The notes under the pieces are model-generated. The model was given only the letters and a program-made list of their open reading frames with translations. It was not told where the DNA came from and made no database searches. From positions 12,896,001 through 12,960,000 of the forward strand of contig CP075494.1 of NCBI GenBank assembly GCA_021613535.1: a DNA stretch of 64,000 nucleotides. The letters are read 5' to 3'. Source of the stretch: Adineta vaga. Lineage: Eukaryota; Animalia; Rotifera. Positions 43,015 through 55,400 of this stretch are shown here, one piece after another; within the stretch, counting starts at the first letter, position 1; each line of letters begins with the position of its first letter. A program made the translations under genes and the position numbers.

Positions 43015-44058
43015 ATGGATATGTCCGATCAATTATACTATGTGAATATTCTTGCTAATATCCTTACCAATTTGTACAAATTTGTACAGCCGATATGTTT
43101 CATTCTTGGCAATATCGGAAATCTACTCACTGCATTCGTCTTTTGGAGAAAAACTTGGCGAAAGAATGTATGCGTACTCTATTTCAAGGTTTATCTTATT
43201 TCAAATACATGTTACATCAACAGTTCTCTATTAGGATCGACTTTTATATATGGTTATAATATTCACTTGCAAAATACGAATATCGTCCTATGTAAAGCTT
43301 TCTATTATTCAGCTTTTCTCTTTGCAATTCATCCACCAACTATTCTAATTCTTGCATCCATCGATCGTCTGCTCATCTCGTCGCAAAACGTTGACACTCG
43401 ATTGTATAGTTCCAAACGTCTCGCATATTTTTCTATCGGTTTAAGTACTTTCTTCTGGATTGTCTTCAATGTTCACATTTTAATCATGGTTCATATACAA
43501 GAACTATATCCTTCAGTTTTCGTCTGCTATTATGATTTGTCGAGTTCATATCAAAACTTCGTGTACTATTATTTAGCTATTGTGAACATTTGTTTTTGTT
43601 TCATCATGATCGTTTTATGTTTGTTGTCATTCAAGAATATTCGACATATCCAGGTGGTTCCACGTCAACAACGAAATCAAAGACGAACAATGACAAAGAA
43701 AGATTTTCAATTACTTCGCTGTTTGTTTGCACATGGTATAGTTTATATCATATTTCGTATTGGAATTAATCTTTATTATGGCTATGATGCAATAACAAGA
43801 GGTCAACAACGTTCTGAACTACGTCGAATAATAGAAGTTTTAATCAACGATTTCCTCACTTTCCTGTTTAATGCATCATACTGTCTAAGTTTTTTCATCT
43901 ATATTAGTATTTCGAAAACGTTTCGTCATGAACTGAAACGAATATTGTGGAAAGTATGTGGAAAAGATGTGATGCCAATGCGAGAAGAAGAAAATCGACA
44001 AGACAATCTTGCTGTAAATGCAGGTAGCGTTGTAAATTATATTGTACCATCATCTTAA
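43015..44058 (+). CDS. Orphan rhodopsin-like 7TM receptor, copy 2, intronless
   Basis: Same 347-aa length as copy 1; identical core, different N- and C-termini. Confidence 0.88.
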   Translation: MDMSDQLYYVNILANILTNLYKFVQPICFILGNIGNLLTAFVFWRKTWRKNVCVLYFKVYLISNTCYINSSLLGSTFIYGYNIHLQNTNIVLCKAFYYSAFLFAIHPPTILILASIDRLLISSQNVDTRLYSSKRLAYFSIGLSTFFWIVFNVHILIMVHIQELYPSVFVCYYDLSSSYQNFVYYYLAIVNICFCFIMIVLCLLSFKNIRHIQVVPRQQRNQRRTMTKKDFQLLRCLFAHGIVYIIFRIGINLYYGYDAITRGQQRSELRRIIEVLINDFLTFLFNASYCLSFFIYISISKTFRHELKRILWKVCGKDVMPMREEENRQDNLAVNAGSVVNYIVPSS

Positions 44059-44696
44059 ATTTAGAATAAATATAGTTTCTTTTTATTAAATCAGATTTAC
44101 TCTGAAATCTTATCGCGGGTGGTACTTTATTACTTTTGTCAAAGGTCGAATATAATATATACTTTCATTAGGAGAACAATAAATAGATAAACTATATTCT
44201 CTACTATCTAGTAAGTGGTTGATTAAAAGACATTCTTATATGAAGTTTACAAAGAACACATTGAATATTTAATCTATATTCAATAATAAATATACAGTTG
44301 ATTTTTATATTTTTATAGCGATACATTTAGTTTTTACAAGGAAATCATAGGAAACTGAAAATTCTTTGCTCAACTTTGAATTGTTGTGTTAATTTTTCGG
44401 CATTGATTACTTTTTTTATTTTGTAAACATGACGTCATTTAAACTTTTTTTTATCAAACTGATGTAGACGTCATTAAAACACGAGACAAAGTGAGTAATC
44501 TCTTTGAAAAAGTATAAATAAAACCTAAATAAGAATAATTTAAGCAACACGTCAGCACGTCTATATGTGTTCTCAGACATGATAAAATTTTAATTTAATA
44601 TTAATGTTTGAATGAATTTCTGAATTTTATTAGTAGATGAAAGTTAGAAAGTTGTGTTTTAGTCAAATAGTGTCATTGTCATTTATGTTTAGTTAT

Positions 44697-47600
44697 CTAA
44701 TATCCAGATTTTGGTATGATAGATACTGTATAATCTCGTACTTCACCATAACCACCACTATAGCATGGTTTACGATTTCTTTCATCTTGTACAAGAACAA
44801 TACGCAAGCGATGTTGTTCGCTTGATTGACTTCTTTCATTAAGTTTTGGAACAGCAATACTTAAATCATATTGAGTTGTTGATTGTCCATTTTCATACCA
44901 ATTCTTTGGAAGTATTCGTTCTTTATTTTCATCAAATGTACCATCGTTATTTAAATCAATCCATATACCTAAATATTGTGGATGACTGCAATATGTTGCA
45001 CTATTTGCTGAATGTTGATCATATGAATTTCTATCATCACTCCATTGTTGTGTACAATGTAACTGAATACGTAGTGAATAAACAGCATTATCAATTAATG
45101 TTGCCGTTAGACTACTGCGATCATGGTAGTTATTTACCGAGTTACATTGTTTCAAATCATCTCGAATCTCTGTACCTTGTTCTCCATATAAATGTACGAA
45201 ACCAATCGTATTATGACCATTCGAACAAATGAGATTACCAGGTTGACAATATGTAGTTTTGTAGCCTAAAAAGGATAAAATGCACATTAATACTTAAGTT
45301 TGAAATGAAGCGCATTCGAAGACAAACATACCTATTAAAGTATCACTTCTTGGAGCAGGATACTGATATTGCAATTCTAAATAAAACAGGTAATATTATA
45401 CTTTATTTCATGACTTGTGTTTATTACAGGAGAGCATGGAGAAAACTACATTTTCATTGAGTACTAAAAAACATAATATTACCTCGATGTCCTATTTTTG
45501 AAATGATCGTTATTGTATATTCTCGTGTTTCACGATAATCTGTTCGGCCACATTTTCTTGTGTATTCATCGCTCGGTGTTACAACAACACGCAAACGATG
45601 TGAACCACTTTTGATAATATTTCCATCGACAGCTGGTATACTTATATCTAAATCATAGATACCCAATGGCATTGAACTAAGTAGTGGCCATCGATGTGGA
45701 ATACGACTTTCTGATTCGTCAAATCGATCATCATTATTAAAATCAATTAGAACATTAACATCATGTGCAACATTGCAATCAGTATCTGGAAAACCTCCTT
45801 TCCAATGTGGAAAACAATCTAATTGAATACGTATACGATATATAGTATTTTCATATACAGAAACAGCTAAATGATGTCGATTTTGATTTTCACGTAATAC
45901 AGCATTCGTTGCAATATTGTCTCGAATATGAGTTCCTTGTTCACCAGCCATAAGTACAAGAGCTATTTTACTATTCTTTTGAGAACATACAGCATCACTT
46001 AATACCAAATGAGGAATGTTCGTATCGACTGCTACTCAAAGAAAAATTGTATGCGTTATAATAATTTTTCATTTTTTTTTACATACCTGGTAGTCGTGAA
46101 TTGGGAACAATTGATACCATGTACTCTCGTGTTTCTTTATAATCATTATTACCACATTTTCTTCGATATTGTTCATTTGTTGATACAACAAGTTGTAGAC
46201 GATGTGGTCCACGTCTAGTTTTCTGTGTATCAAGAATGGGAATGTATAATTGAAGATCATAAACACCTTGTGGTGTATAACTTGTCAATGGCCAATGATA
46301 AGGAGCAGCATTCTCTGAACTATCAAATACACCATCATCGTTCAGATCAATCCAAGCATTCACATCGTAGACAAGACTGCAACTGTAACCATTTGAATTA
46401 CTGATCCATAATCGACTACAATCTAACTGGATACGTAACAAATAGACAGTATCTTCGAACAAGACAATATTATCATGTCGTCGAAATCGATTATCACTGG
46501 TTAGTGAAGTTCTTGTCACTGAATCATCTCGAATTTGAGTTCGATGTTCACCAGCCATTACAACAAGAACAATCTTACCAAGATCAGCCGAACAAACAAT
46601 GTCAGTCAGTGGTATATAAGGAGTTTTCTCATCAGGTGTGGCTAGAATACATTCAGAAAAGTTATATAGTTACATGATATAGAGATATACATATACGTAC
46701 GTAGATATCCTCCTCTTGAAATAACATTAACAGTATATTCTCGTGTTTCATTATAATCATTACGACCACAAGTTCTTCGATATGAATCAGTGTGTGTAAC
46801 AACAATACGCATTCGATGTTGTCCAGTTCTTAGACGTCTTTCATCGACTAAAGGTACAGCAATTTGTAAATCGTAGATTCCTTGTGCCATATAACTTGTT
46901 ACTGGCCAACGATAAGGTGCTCCAATTTCTGTTTGATCAAATCGTCCATCGTCGTTCACATCAAACCATAGATTTACATCTTGAGCAAGATTACAACCAT
47001 TTTCAAATAGTTCAGTATTCAATTGCCATGCACAATCCAATTGAATACGTATAAGATAGACAGTGTTTTCATAGAGTGTCACTGCTAAGTGATGTCGATT
47101 ATAATAATCATGTAATAACGTATTCGTTGGTAGATCATCTCGAATCTCTGTTCCTCGTTCTCCGGCCATTAAAACAAGTGAAATTTGAGCAGTATTCTGA
47201 GAACAAATTGGATCTTGATAAATAACATTTGCAGGTGGTGCATGAATGACACCTAAAGGGATGAATAGATTGGCTCAAATGTATGTTCACTTTCTATAAG
47301 AAATCAGTTTAAAAACGAGATTTACCTGTATATGTTGCTTTTGGAACAAGATTTACCGTATACTCTCGCTTGCTTTGAAAGTTACCTGCACCACAAGTAC
47401 TAAGATATGCGTCAGTTGGAATCACACCAATACTCATACGATGAGTTCCACTTCTTATTGTTCTACCATCGATCGTAGGTATACGTATATCCACATTATA
47501 TGAATTGCCAGATATATAATTAGTTGGTCTTGTTCTAGGAGAAACTAAATTCTCCGTATCATAAGAATTATCATCATCGAAATCAATCCACACATTGATA

Positions 47601-48929
47601 TTTTGAGAAAGATCACAATTATTTTCCGAAGGATATCTGTTTCGTGCTTGACCACAATCAAATTCAAGATGCAATCGATACGTTGTACCTTCATATAATG
47701 TAACTGCTGGATATTGTCGATCTTGATAATCTGATGCATATCCACCTGTTCGTAGATCATCTTGAATATTTGATCCATGTTCACCAGTCATTTGAACAAG
47801 AAGAATTTTGCCAAGACTTTGAGTACACATCGAATTCTTCAAAAGAAGATGTGATTTATCAAGTTCTATTTAATTCACATACAAATTAAACAGAATACTA
47901 TTTATTGCCATTGGAAGTTCTTAAAAACTTACCATATCCTCCAAAGTTTGTTGCTATTGGAGCTGGTGTTGAATATTGTTTTACTTTTCTTGCTCGTTTC
48001 AATGCTACTGTTTCTTGTTCTTAAGATATTTGAATCGAATTAGTATGAAATGTTGCTTTCATTCTTACCTTTTTTCTCTATAAGACCACATATTTTCATA
48101 CGAATATCAATCGAACGGTTATCATTGAGCTGAATGTTAACAGGAATAGCTGCTAGTTGCTTGAACATATTCTGTAATTCTTCTACCGATTGAACTTTGC
48201 AATTTTGTGATGTGCATTGATCAGAATAGAAGACAACAAAATTCATTTGAAGAACATTTCCAGATAATGGATTTTCACATGTCATACTTTAATAAATTTG
48301 AATTAGAAATGAAAGAATAAGATAAGAAGATATTTACTGATGATCTCGTTTTGATATTATATGATTTCGAAAAAAAGCATCGGTAATACGAATCTTTCGA
48401 CCATTGAGTTTTGTATTCAACTATAACAAAAAAAATAAGATATGAAAAACAAATCAGTTAAAAAGTGAATATCTTACTTGATTGGTTATATCATCTAAGT
48501 TATTTATTTTCACGAGCAGATTTTCATTTTCCGATAGATACGTTGTACTGAACATAGCTTTCAAAACAACTTTTTGCATGTCTAAAACTGCATCGAATGA
48601 TAGTAAGAAGAAGAAAGTCAGAAACTCACCATCTTCCTTTAAAGCTGCTGTAACTGATTTCTGATGATTTGGTATTGTCTTCCAAATAGTTACAGCACCC
48701 AAGAGTGAAAAAAATGCAATCATGACAAAACCAATACCCAAACGAAGCATATTACAACTTCGTGGATTCCTATTCCAATTGATAGAATATTCATTACGAA
48801 AAATCAATTCTCTTTTTAATGTTAAAAGAATACTTACGATTGTTTTGATGTTTGTTTTCTATTCAAAGTAGTGCACGTCGTATAACCATCATTACTGAGC
48901 ACCATCATTTCGGATTCTGTCATATCCAT
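44697..48929 (-). CDS. Type II membrane protein (~1,200 aa) with five GEVED-like beta-sandwich repeats, ~11 exons
   Basis: Single N-proximal TM (LGIGFVMIAFFSLLGAVTIW). Each repeat has WID.N.DG.FD..E, Y.L.I.VP, G.HR.R.V and ETREYTV/GEVRDYTV. Repeat exons: 47865-47326, 47252-46701, 46641-46087, 46031-45483, 45265-44697; all junctions phase 1. Confidence 0.85.
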
Positions 48930-50459
48930 TAGAATAAAAACAGATTAAATCGAACTTTTCTTATGAAAATTCTAAGTACTAAATTGATCAAAGTGAGAAA
49001 ATCTGAAAAAATAACGAAAATTTCTCGAAAGGGTTGTGTATTATCTACATTTTGGTAATACCAGTATGAAATTTATATATATATCTTCATCACTTACAGA
49101 TATTTGACTTAGTCACTGGTCGATATCGATTTCGGCGGACTTTTGTAATCAAGCAGCAAATATGAGTAGTAAAGAGACAGCGTATTTTTATAGTATTTAC
49201 TATTCAAACAAGGGGTAAATATGCCGTTAAAAATCTTAGAACAAAAAAGGAGACCTTGACAAATAACATTCGAATGTAACTGTATATGTTATCGTAGAAT
49301 AATATGTTTTTGACATGAAAGTAAATTGAAGTGGGGGAAAACTCATTTATATTTATTCAAATTCTTTTATATGATTAATCATATGTCTGAAAGTATGGGA
49401 GTAACGAAAATTACCCTTATATCATTTTACAACAGGAGGAAAAAACATCTTGTTGTTTTATCAGAAGACTTTATGGTTTAAAAATACGGTCTATTCTTAC
49501 TAAATGATGGGATTTGTTCATTATTAGAGACATTAAAACTGTGTAAATAGATTAAGCACTCTCCTAACTTCACTTCGATATGAAGAAAACATGTTTTGCA
49601 ATATAGATCGATTTGCCTTGTAACAGGTTTCCTATGACGAAATGGTTCTACTCTCACTTATTTTGTATTCTATTGTTGATTTACTCAAATACAGTACAAA
49701 AGTATCTTTCTTTCCGAAAGAGTGATTTCGTGGTCATTACCATTGAAGAATGTTCTTCTCTTGTAACCACAAAAAAATACGTCGAAATTTTAAAAATATT
49801 TAATTCTGATGATCATAGAGCATCTCACATCACCGATCAAATTTTATGCAATTCGATATTTTTCGTAAATATCGACGACAAACAGACATACAAATTTAAA
49901 CTACTAATTGTGTAATTTAAGCTATCCAGGTTAACTATTTAATACGAACGTAAAGTATGATTATGATATATTGATAAATTATATCAATGATTCGAAATAT
50001 TCGAGACGTCTGCCTCTGTACAAAGATATACGACGGTGAAAAATGAAACGGAAACCTTGAAAAAATACAACTTTATGCGTCTCAATACATATTTGAATTT
50101 TTCTTTTATAAAGAATATTTAATCAGTAAAATTATCTTAAAAAAACAGAGCTTTCTCACTTTTTCCTATTTAAACGATGTTAATTTATCTCTCAGATTGT
50201 CGAAGAACAATTCGTACTTTTCATATTGATTGTACTAAATAACCAAATGTAGTAAAGAAAACCGCATTATTTGTCGATGCATTATCTCTTACCTGTACTC
50301 ATAACCGCAAAATTTCATAGACGATATTTTTTAACAAAAAGGTTAAATTAAAATTTTTGTCTAGACATTTCATACAAATTCTAAATACTGATAACTTTGT
50401 TCATTGTTCATGTAAATTCCAATGAAACCCTAAAGAATAGTTCTCTTCTAAGATATGAT

Positions 50460-50780
50460 ATTTCCTTACCACTACCTCCACAATTTGGTATAAAATTGAA
50501 AATGTTCGTCATCTTTATGTTGCCATTTCTTTACAGTTGATGACTACAATATATATGCCTGCGAATGCAGTTCGAGACCATCATTTGCATAAATACAGTA
50601 AAACCTTGAAAAATACAACCAAAAAATGGTATAAATGGTACCGAAACCATAACAATACCATTTCAAGTTAACGGTGCTCCAGGTTGCCATTTCGTATAAG
50701 CATACATTGGAAACTTTTTGTGGTTATTTTGACTCATATTAAATATTTTCTTCATTGTTTGTTCATTAAAAAGCATTATG
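50460..50780 (-). pseudogene. Possible degraded coding fragment of unknown family
   Basis: Protein-like segments (AYTKWQPGAPLT*NG / GTIYTIFW...DGLELHSQAY / KKWQHKDDEHFQFYTKLW) broken by stops and a frameshift. Confidence 0.25.
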
Positions 50781-52436
50781 ACATACTAATGAAGTAAAGT
50801 GTATCGAAAAACAAAAACTATCTTCGAAATATTAAGATTTCAATTCTGTAGTGATTCTATAAAACATAATTTAACTAGTAGAGCAAAATTCTCCTTACCC
50901 ATATGTCTATTACGTTGGTTTTGAAAACCTATTACCAAAAGAGGGTAGCAATGTCAATATTAAGAAATCCTATTCTAACCTCGATGAACATGTTATATGA
51001 GATGAAAAGGAACGAAACAAAGAATTATACATGACTTTTGCCAGTCAACAATCAATCATTTTCTTTCTTTTTTGTTTCATTTGACCTTGTAATCGTATAA
51101 TACATTTTCAACATTTATTTTTAGTACTTGTGTCTTTTAACAAAAAATGAAGTGAAATAGAAAACAGAATCAATATGTATGATCTACGTGTTCGAAACGT
51201 TCGTGACCTTGATAGAATAAGAAATGAGATTGATGAAAAGAAAGAGGCAATCTATACAACTGTCTGTTGAAAAGTACACGAAATATCTGATTCATATGCA
51301 TTTGTATTGATTCTATTTGAATTATTGGAAAAATCAAAATATATTTATAATACACGACACAATTCGACGATTTTATGTCATTTATTATTATCGGAAATAA
51401 AAACTAGACTAGATTATTCTTAAATCAATGTTTTTTTACTATTTTGTAATACATATTGACATAGACAGAGTGTTTATCTACACCTCTCTCTCTCTCTTTG
51501 TAAAGTCTGCTGAAAAGAGTAATCATAACAAAAAAACATTAGTATTATAAAACTATGAATGATGGTACAAGTAGGAATATGTTCTTCTCCGTGCGCTTAA
51601 TCTCTTGCATGTATTAGGGTATATTTCCATTACGAATCAAATAGAGATACAAATGTTAATATACTTTAGTTTTAATTAAACCTTCATTGATGATTATATT
51701 TCAACGTTTTGCAATACTATCTAAAATAATGTGAATGTCATTGTTATATTGTTGAGAAAAGATGATCTTCTCTTCCAAAAAATAAAAGTAATATTAATGA
51801 CGTAATAAACTTATTTGAATTAGCAATATAATTGTCTTCATAGTTCGTCATATCATCTGGAGTATCGTTTGATACAAATATAGTTGTGATTGGCAAACAC
51901 TTAGAAGATTTAATCACTGTCTAATCAATTCGGTTGATGAATACACGAATGAATTAACAAGAGGAGTATATGTCCAATATTTTATTATGAAGATCCAGTT
52001 TATGAAGTTAGTTGAAAAAAAGAAAGAAGTTGATACAAACAACAATAGTGATAATAGAAAATGAGAAAAAAGCAAAAAACACCGTCGAGCAATTAGCAAT
52101 GAGAAAAGAAAATTTGTTAATTAAAGAAAAAAATAAATTCAAACTGGATTTTTCATACAAAGATGGTCAATAATAAACGAGAAATATTGAAATATACACA
52201 CATGATTTAAGAAAAGAGAAAAAGATCAGCGTAGCTAGTAGAAAACATTGAAACACATAGCAAAACTATAATGCAGAAAAAGAGAACGAAAATTTGCTAA
52301 GTTTAAACTTGAAAGTGAGAAAATATCTTGTTTTTTTTAAGAAACAATGATTAAATGATATCAAAGAATAAAATGATTCTTGGTTTTTTTATAGGAACTA
52401 TTGTAAAATAATATTTCACATCAGTTTAGCAAATGT

Positions 52437-55400
52437 CTAGATATGTCGTTTCTTTTTCTTTCTACGAGATTCATCATCACTACGAATTGTCACTGGTGCA
52501 TAAGCATGATGTGGACCAACTTGACCTGGAACATCCACTTGACATTGCAAGTAAAGTTGTTCAGTTTCAGAATTTCCATTTGGTTCTAATATAACAGTAT
52601 CACCGTCTTGCTATGAAAATTAAGAAAAAAAAACAAAAAAAATAAGTAAGATATGATCACAAAATCAAATTATCAATACATACACGAGCATAATCTGGAA
52701 GACTTGTATCATGTCCATATCGACTCCATACTATTTTATATTGTTGTGCATTTTTAACATGACAGGTGATACGTGCTGTTTCACCTCGACCAAGAGTTAC
52801 TTCTGTTGGTTCTACACTAACTTCAACAGCTTCCATACGTTGTTGAGATCCTCTTCCCTGTTCGTCATTGTGATGATTCTGCTCGTGGCCTTCATTTGTG
52901 TTGGTACCTCCAATTTGAAGGTCATAACTGCTGTCTTGTGCTTGCATTGATGGTACACGTGGAAAAGTTACTTCACATCTAAAAGAGCGGAAGAAAAAAA
53001 CATTCAACAGAATTGCTGGACGCATGAATATTACCTGTAACGTCCAGCATCATTCACTTGAGCGTTACGAATAATGATTGAACCATCCGGATGTACTTCT
53101 ACATCTATAAAACCATAAAAGAATTAATACATGTAAAAAATGAACAATCATATTATATTACTATTTTCTAATGGTCGACCATCTTTTGTATATGCATATT
53201 CATATGGACGTTCGATATTTCCATGAACAGCACATTGTAAATAAATATCTTGTCCTAGATGGTGATTTTGTTCGTCACGTGGTTGAAAGCGAATTTCAAT
53301 ATTATCACGACCATTGCCTTGATTTCCATTTCCTATAATATTCATTCAAATTTTATTCAAAATATGTGTAAGTATATTAACTAGATTAGTAGACAAGAAA
53401 TATTTTCTCACAAACAAATGAATGTAAATTAGTTTCTTTAAATTATTATGTTATGTCGTTCATTTGATTTTTCATAAAACATTGATAAACGAATATGTTT
53501 TATACAAACGATTTTAAAAGAATACCCTTTGGCCAAAGCACAAGAAGCATTATAATCGAAAAACAAGCAAAAGCATTCAAAAAACAAGTAGGCAACTGAT
53601 GTTTCGCTCACCATGATTATTTTGTTGATTAGCTAAAACAACATGCATATACAAATATATACATATATGTACGTTCAAAAGAATGTAAGTCTTTCTAATC
53701 AATAAAGAATCACTAGCTCAGAAAGAATTCATTAAGAAAATTCAAAATTCTATTTTTACTACAAATATCTACTTTGATTGGTTTTATATTCTTTTTTTGT
53801 GTTAAAGATAAATATTCTTACATGATTCTCGCCATTGAATATAGACTGCAGATGATACACGTCCTTGATTATTACTGACTTCAAGATGGTATTGTCCAGC
53901 AACATCACTTGAACGACCTTCAATATGTAACATACCATTACTACGTGACGTTGCACCATCAGGTAAAGTTGATGAACCATCTTTTGACCAAGTTACTGTT
54001 GCTCCTCTTCCTCCCTGAATTTAATAAATGAAATTTAGAGAAAGAAGAAATAAGATTTTCGATTTTTGTTTTTATCTTACAGTAATAGTTGGTGTTACAT
54101 CGATAGTTTCACCATGACCGATACTATATTGATCTTGTGGAAAACGAATGATTGGTGGACCTTGGACGCGTACACGACGTCTTGGTTCAACTTTAATTTG
54201 TATTTCTTGTGCGTCTTCACTATGTGTATTACGTGCACTGACTCGATAGGTACCAGTGGCATCAAGAGTAGCTTTATTAAGAATTAAACGATTTGGTTCA
54301 ATAGTAAAGTAAGATGGCATTGGTTGATATCCATCAGGAGTTACTCTATTCCAGACAACATTCACTGCCTCATGAGACTAAATGGTTTGAAAATAGAAGA
54401 GAATATCAATATTTATAGTTCTTTATATGATCAATTTCAACGTACAGAAAGAACATATTGAACAGTTAAACGTTGACCTTCTTTTAATTGTATAAAGTCT
54501 GGTTTAATTGTCAGTTTCAATGCAGCTCCTATAGACAACAAAGCAAAAGATATTATGTATATGTAATTTTCATTCGAAAGCTATCAACAAACCTGCATGA
54601 TAATCCAAATGAATAACAATCGTTTCAATACTACCATCGGAATGAGTGATTGTGCTAACATAATTTCCAGCTTGATCAGCAGATGGATTTCGAAAGACAA
54701 GATCGCTGTCGATTTGAATGACAGTCGCTGGTAAGGCACTACCATCGGGACGGCGCCATATAACTGTTCGTGGTTGAGCATTCTAAGAAAAATCAACAAT
54801 AAAACTATAGTGTGAGCAAGAATTGAAATAGATTGATTACGAACAAGAATCTCAAGACGAACACGTTGTTCTGGTTGACCACCGCTTAAAGTAATAGGAA
54901 ATGGTTTCGAATCTCGTGCATCGTACGATTTTTTATTGATCAGGTATGAAGCACGAACACTACTTCCAGGTGTAGGAACTAAAAAATTAATTTATTCATA
55001 TTAATTTTCATAAATAAAAAGTATTCTCACCTGGTGCAGATCCATCTTTCGGTACACATTGGTTACTTCGTTCGTTGAGCATATATCCTGATCTACATCG
55101 TTCACAATGATCACCTTCACTGTTACCTTGACAATTCTTTAATCAACAAAAATAAATAAAAGATTTAATTCGAACTTCAATTCAACTATTTAGAAAACAC
55201 ATACGAAACATTTGCCTGTATCTTGATCACATAGACTGGATCGTTCATTACATAATGTTCGACACGATAAACAATGACCCAAGTAGAAACCAACAAATGC
55301 GTGTACACGGCCATAACCTTCGGCACATTTTTCACATGATGTTCCCGTATAATTCGCTGGACAACGACATGATTCTACGGTAGGTGCATTTTCACTGCGA

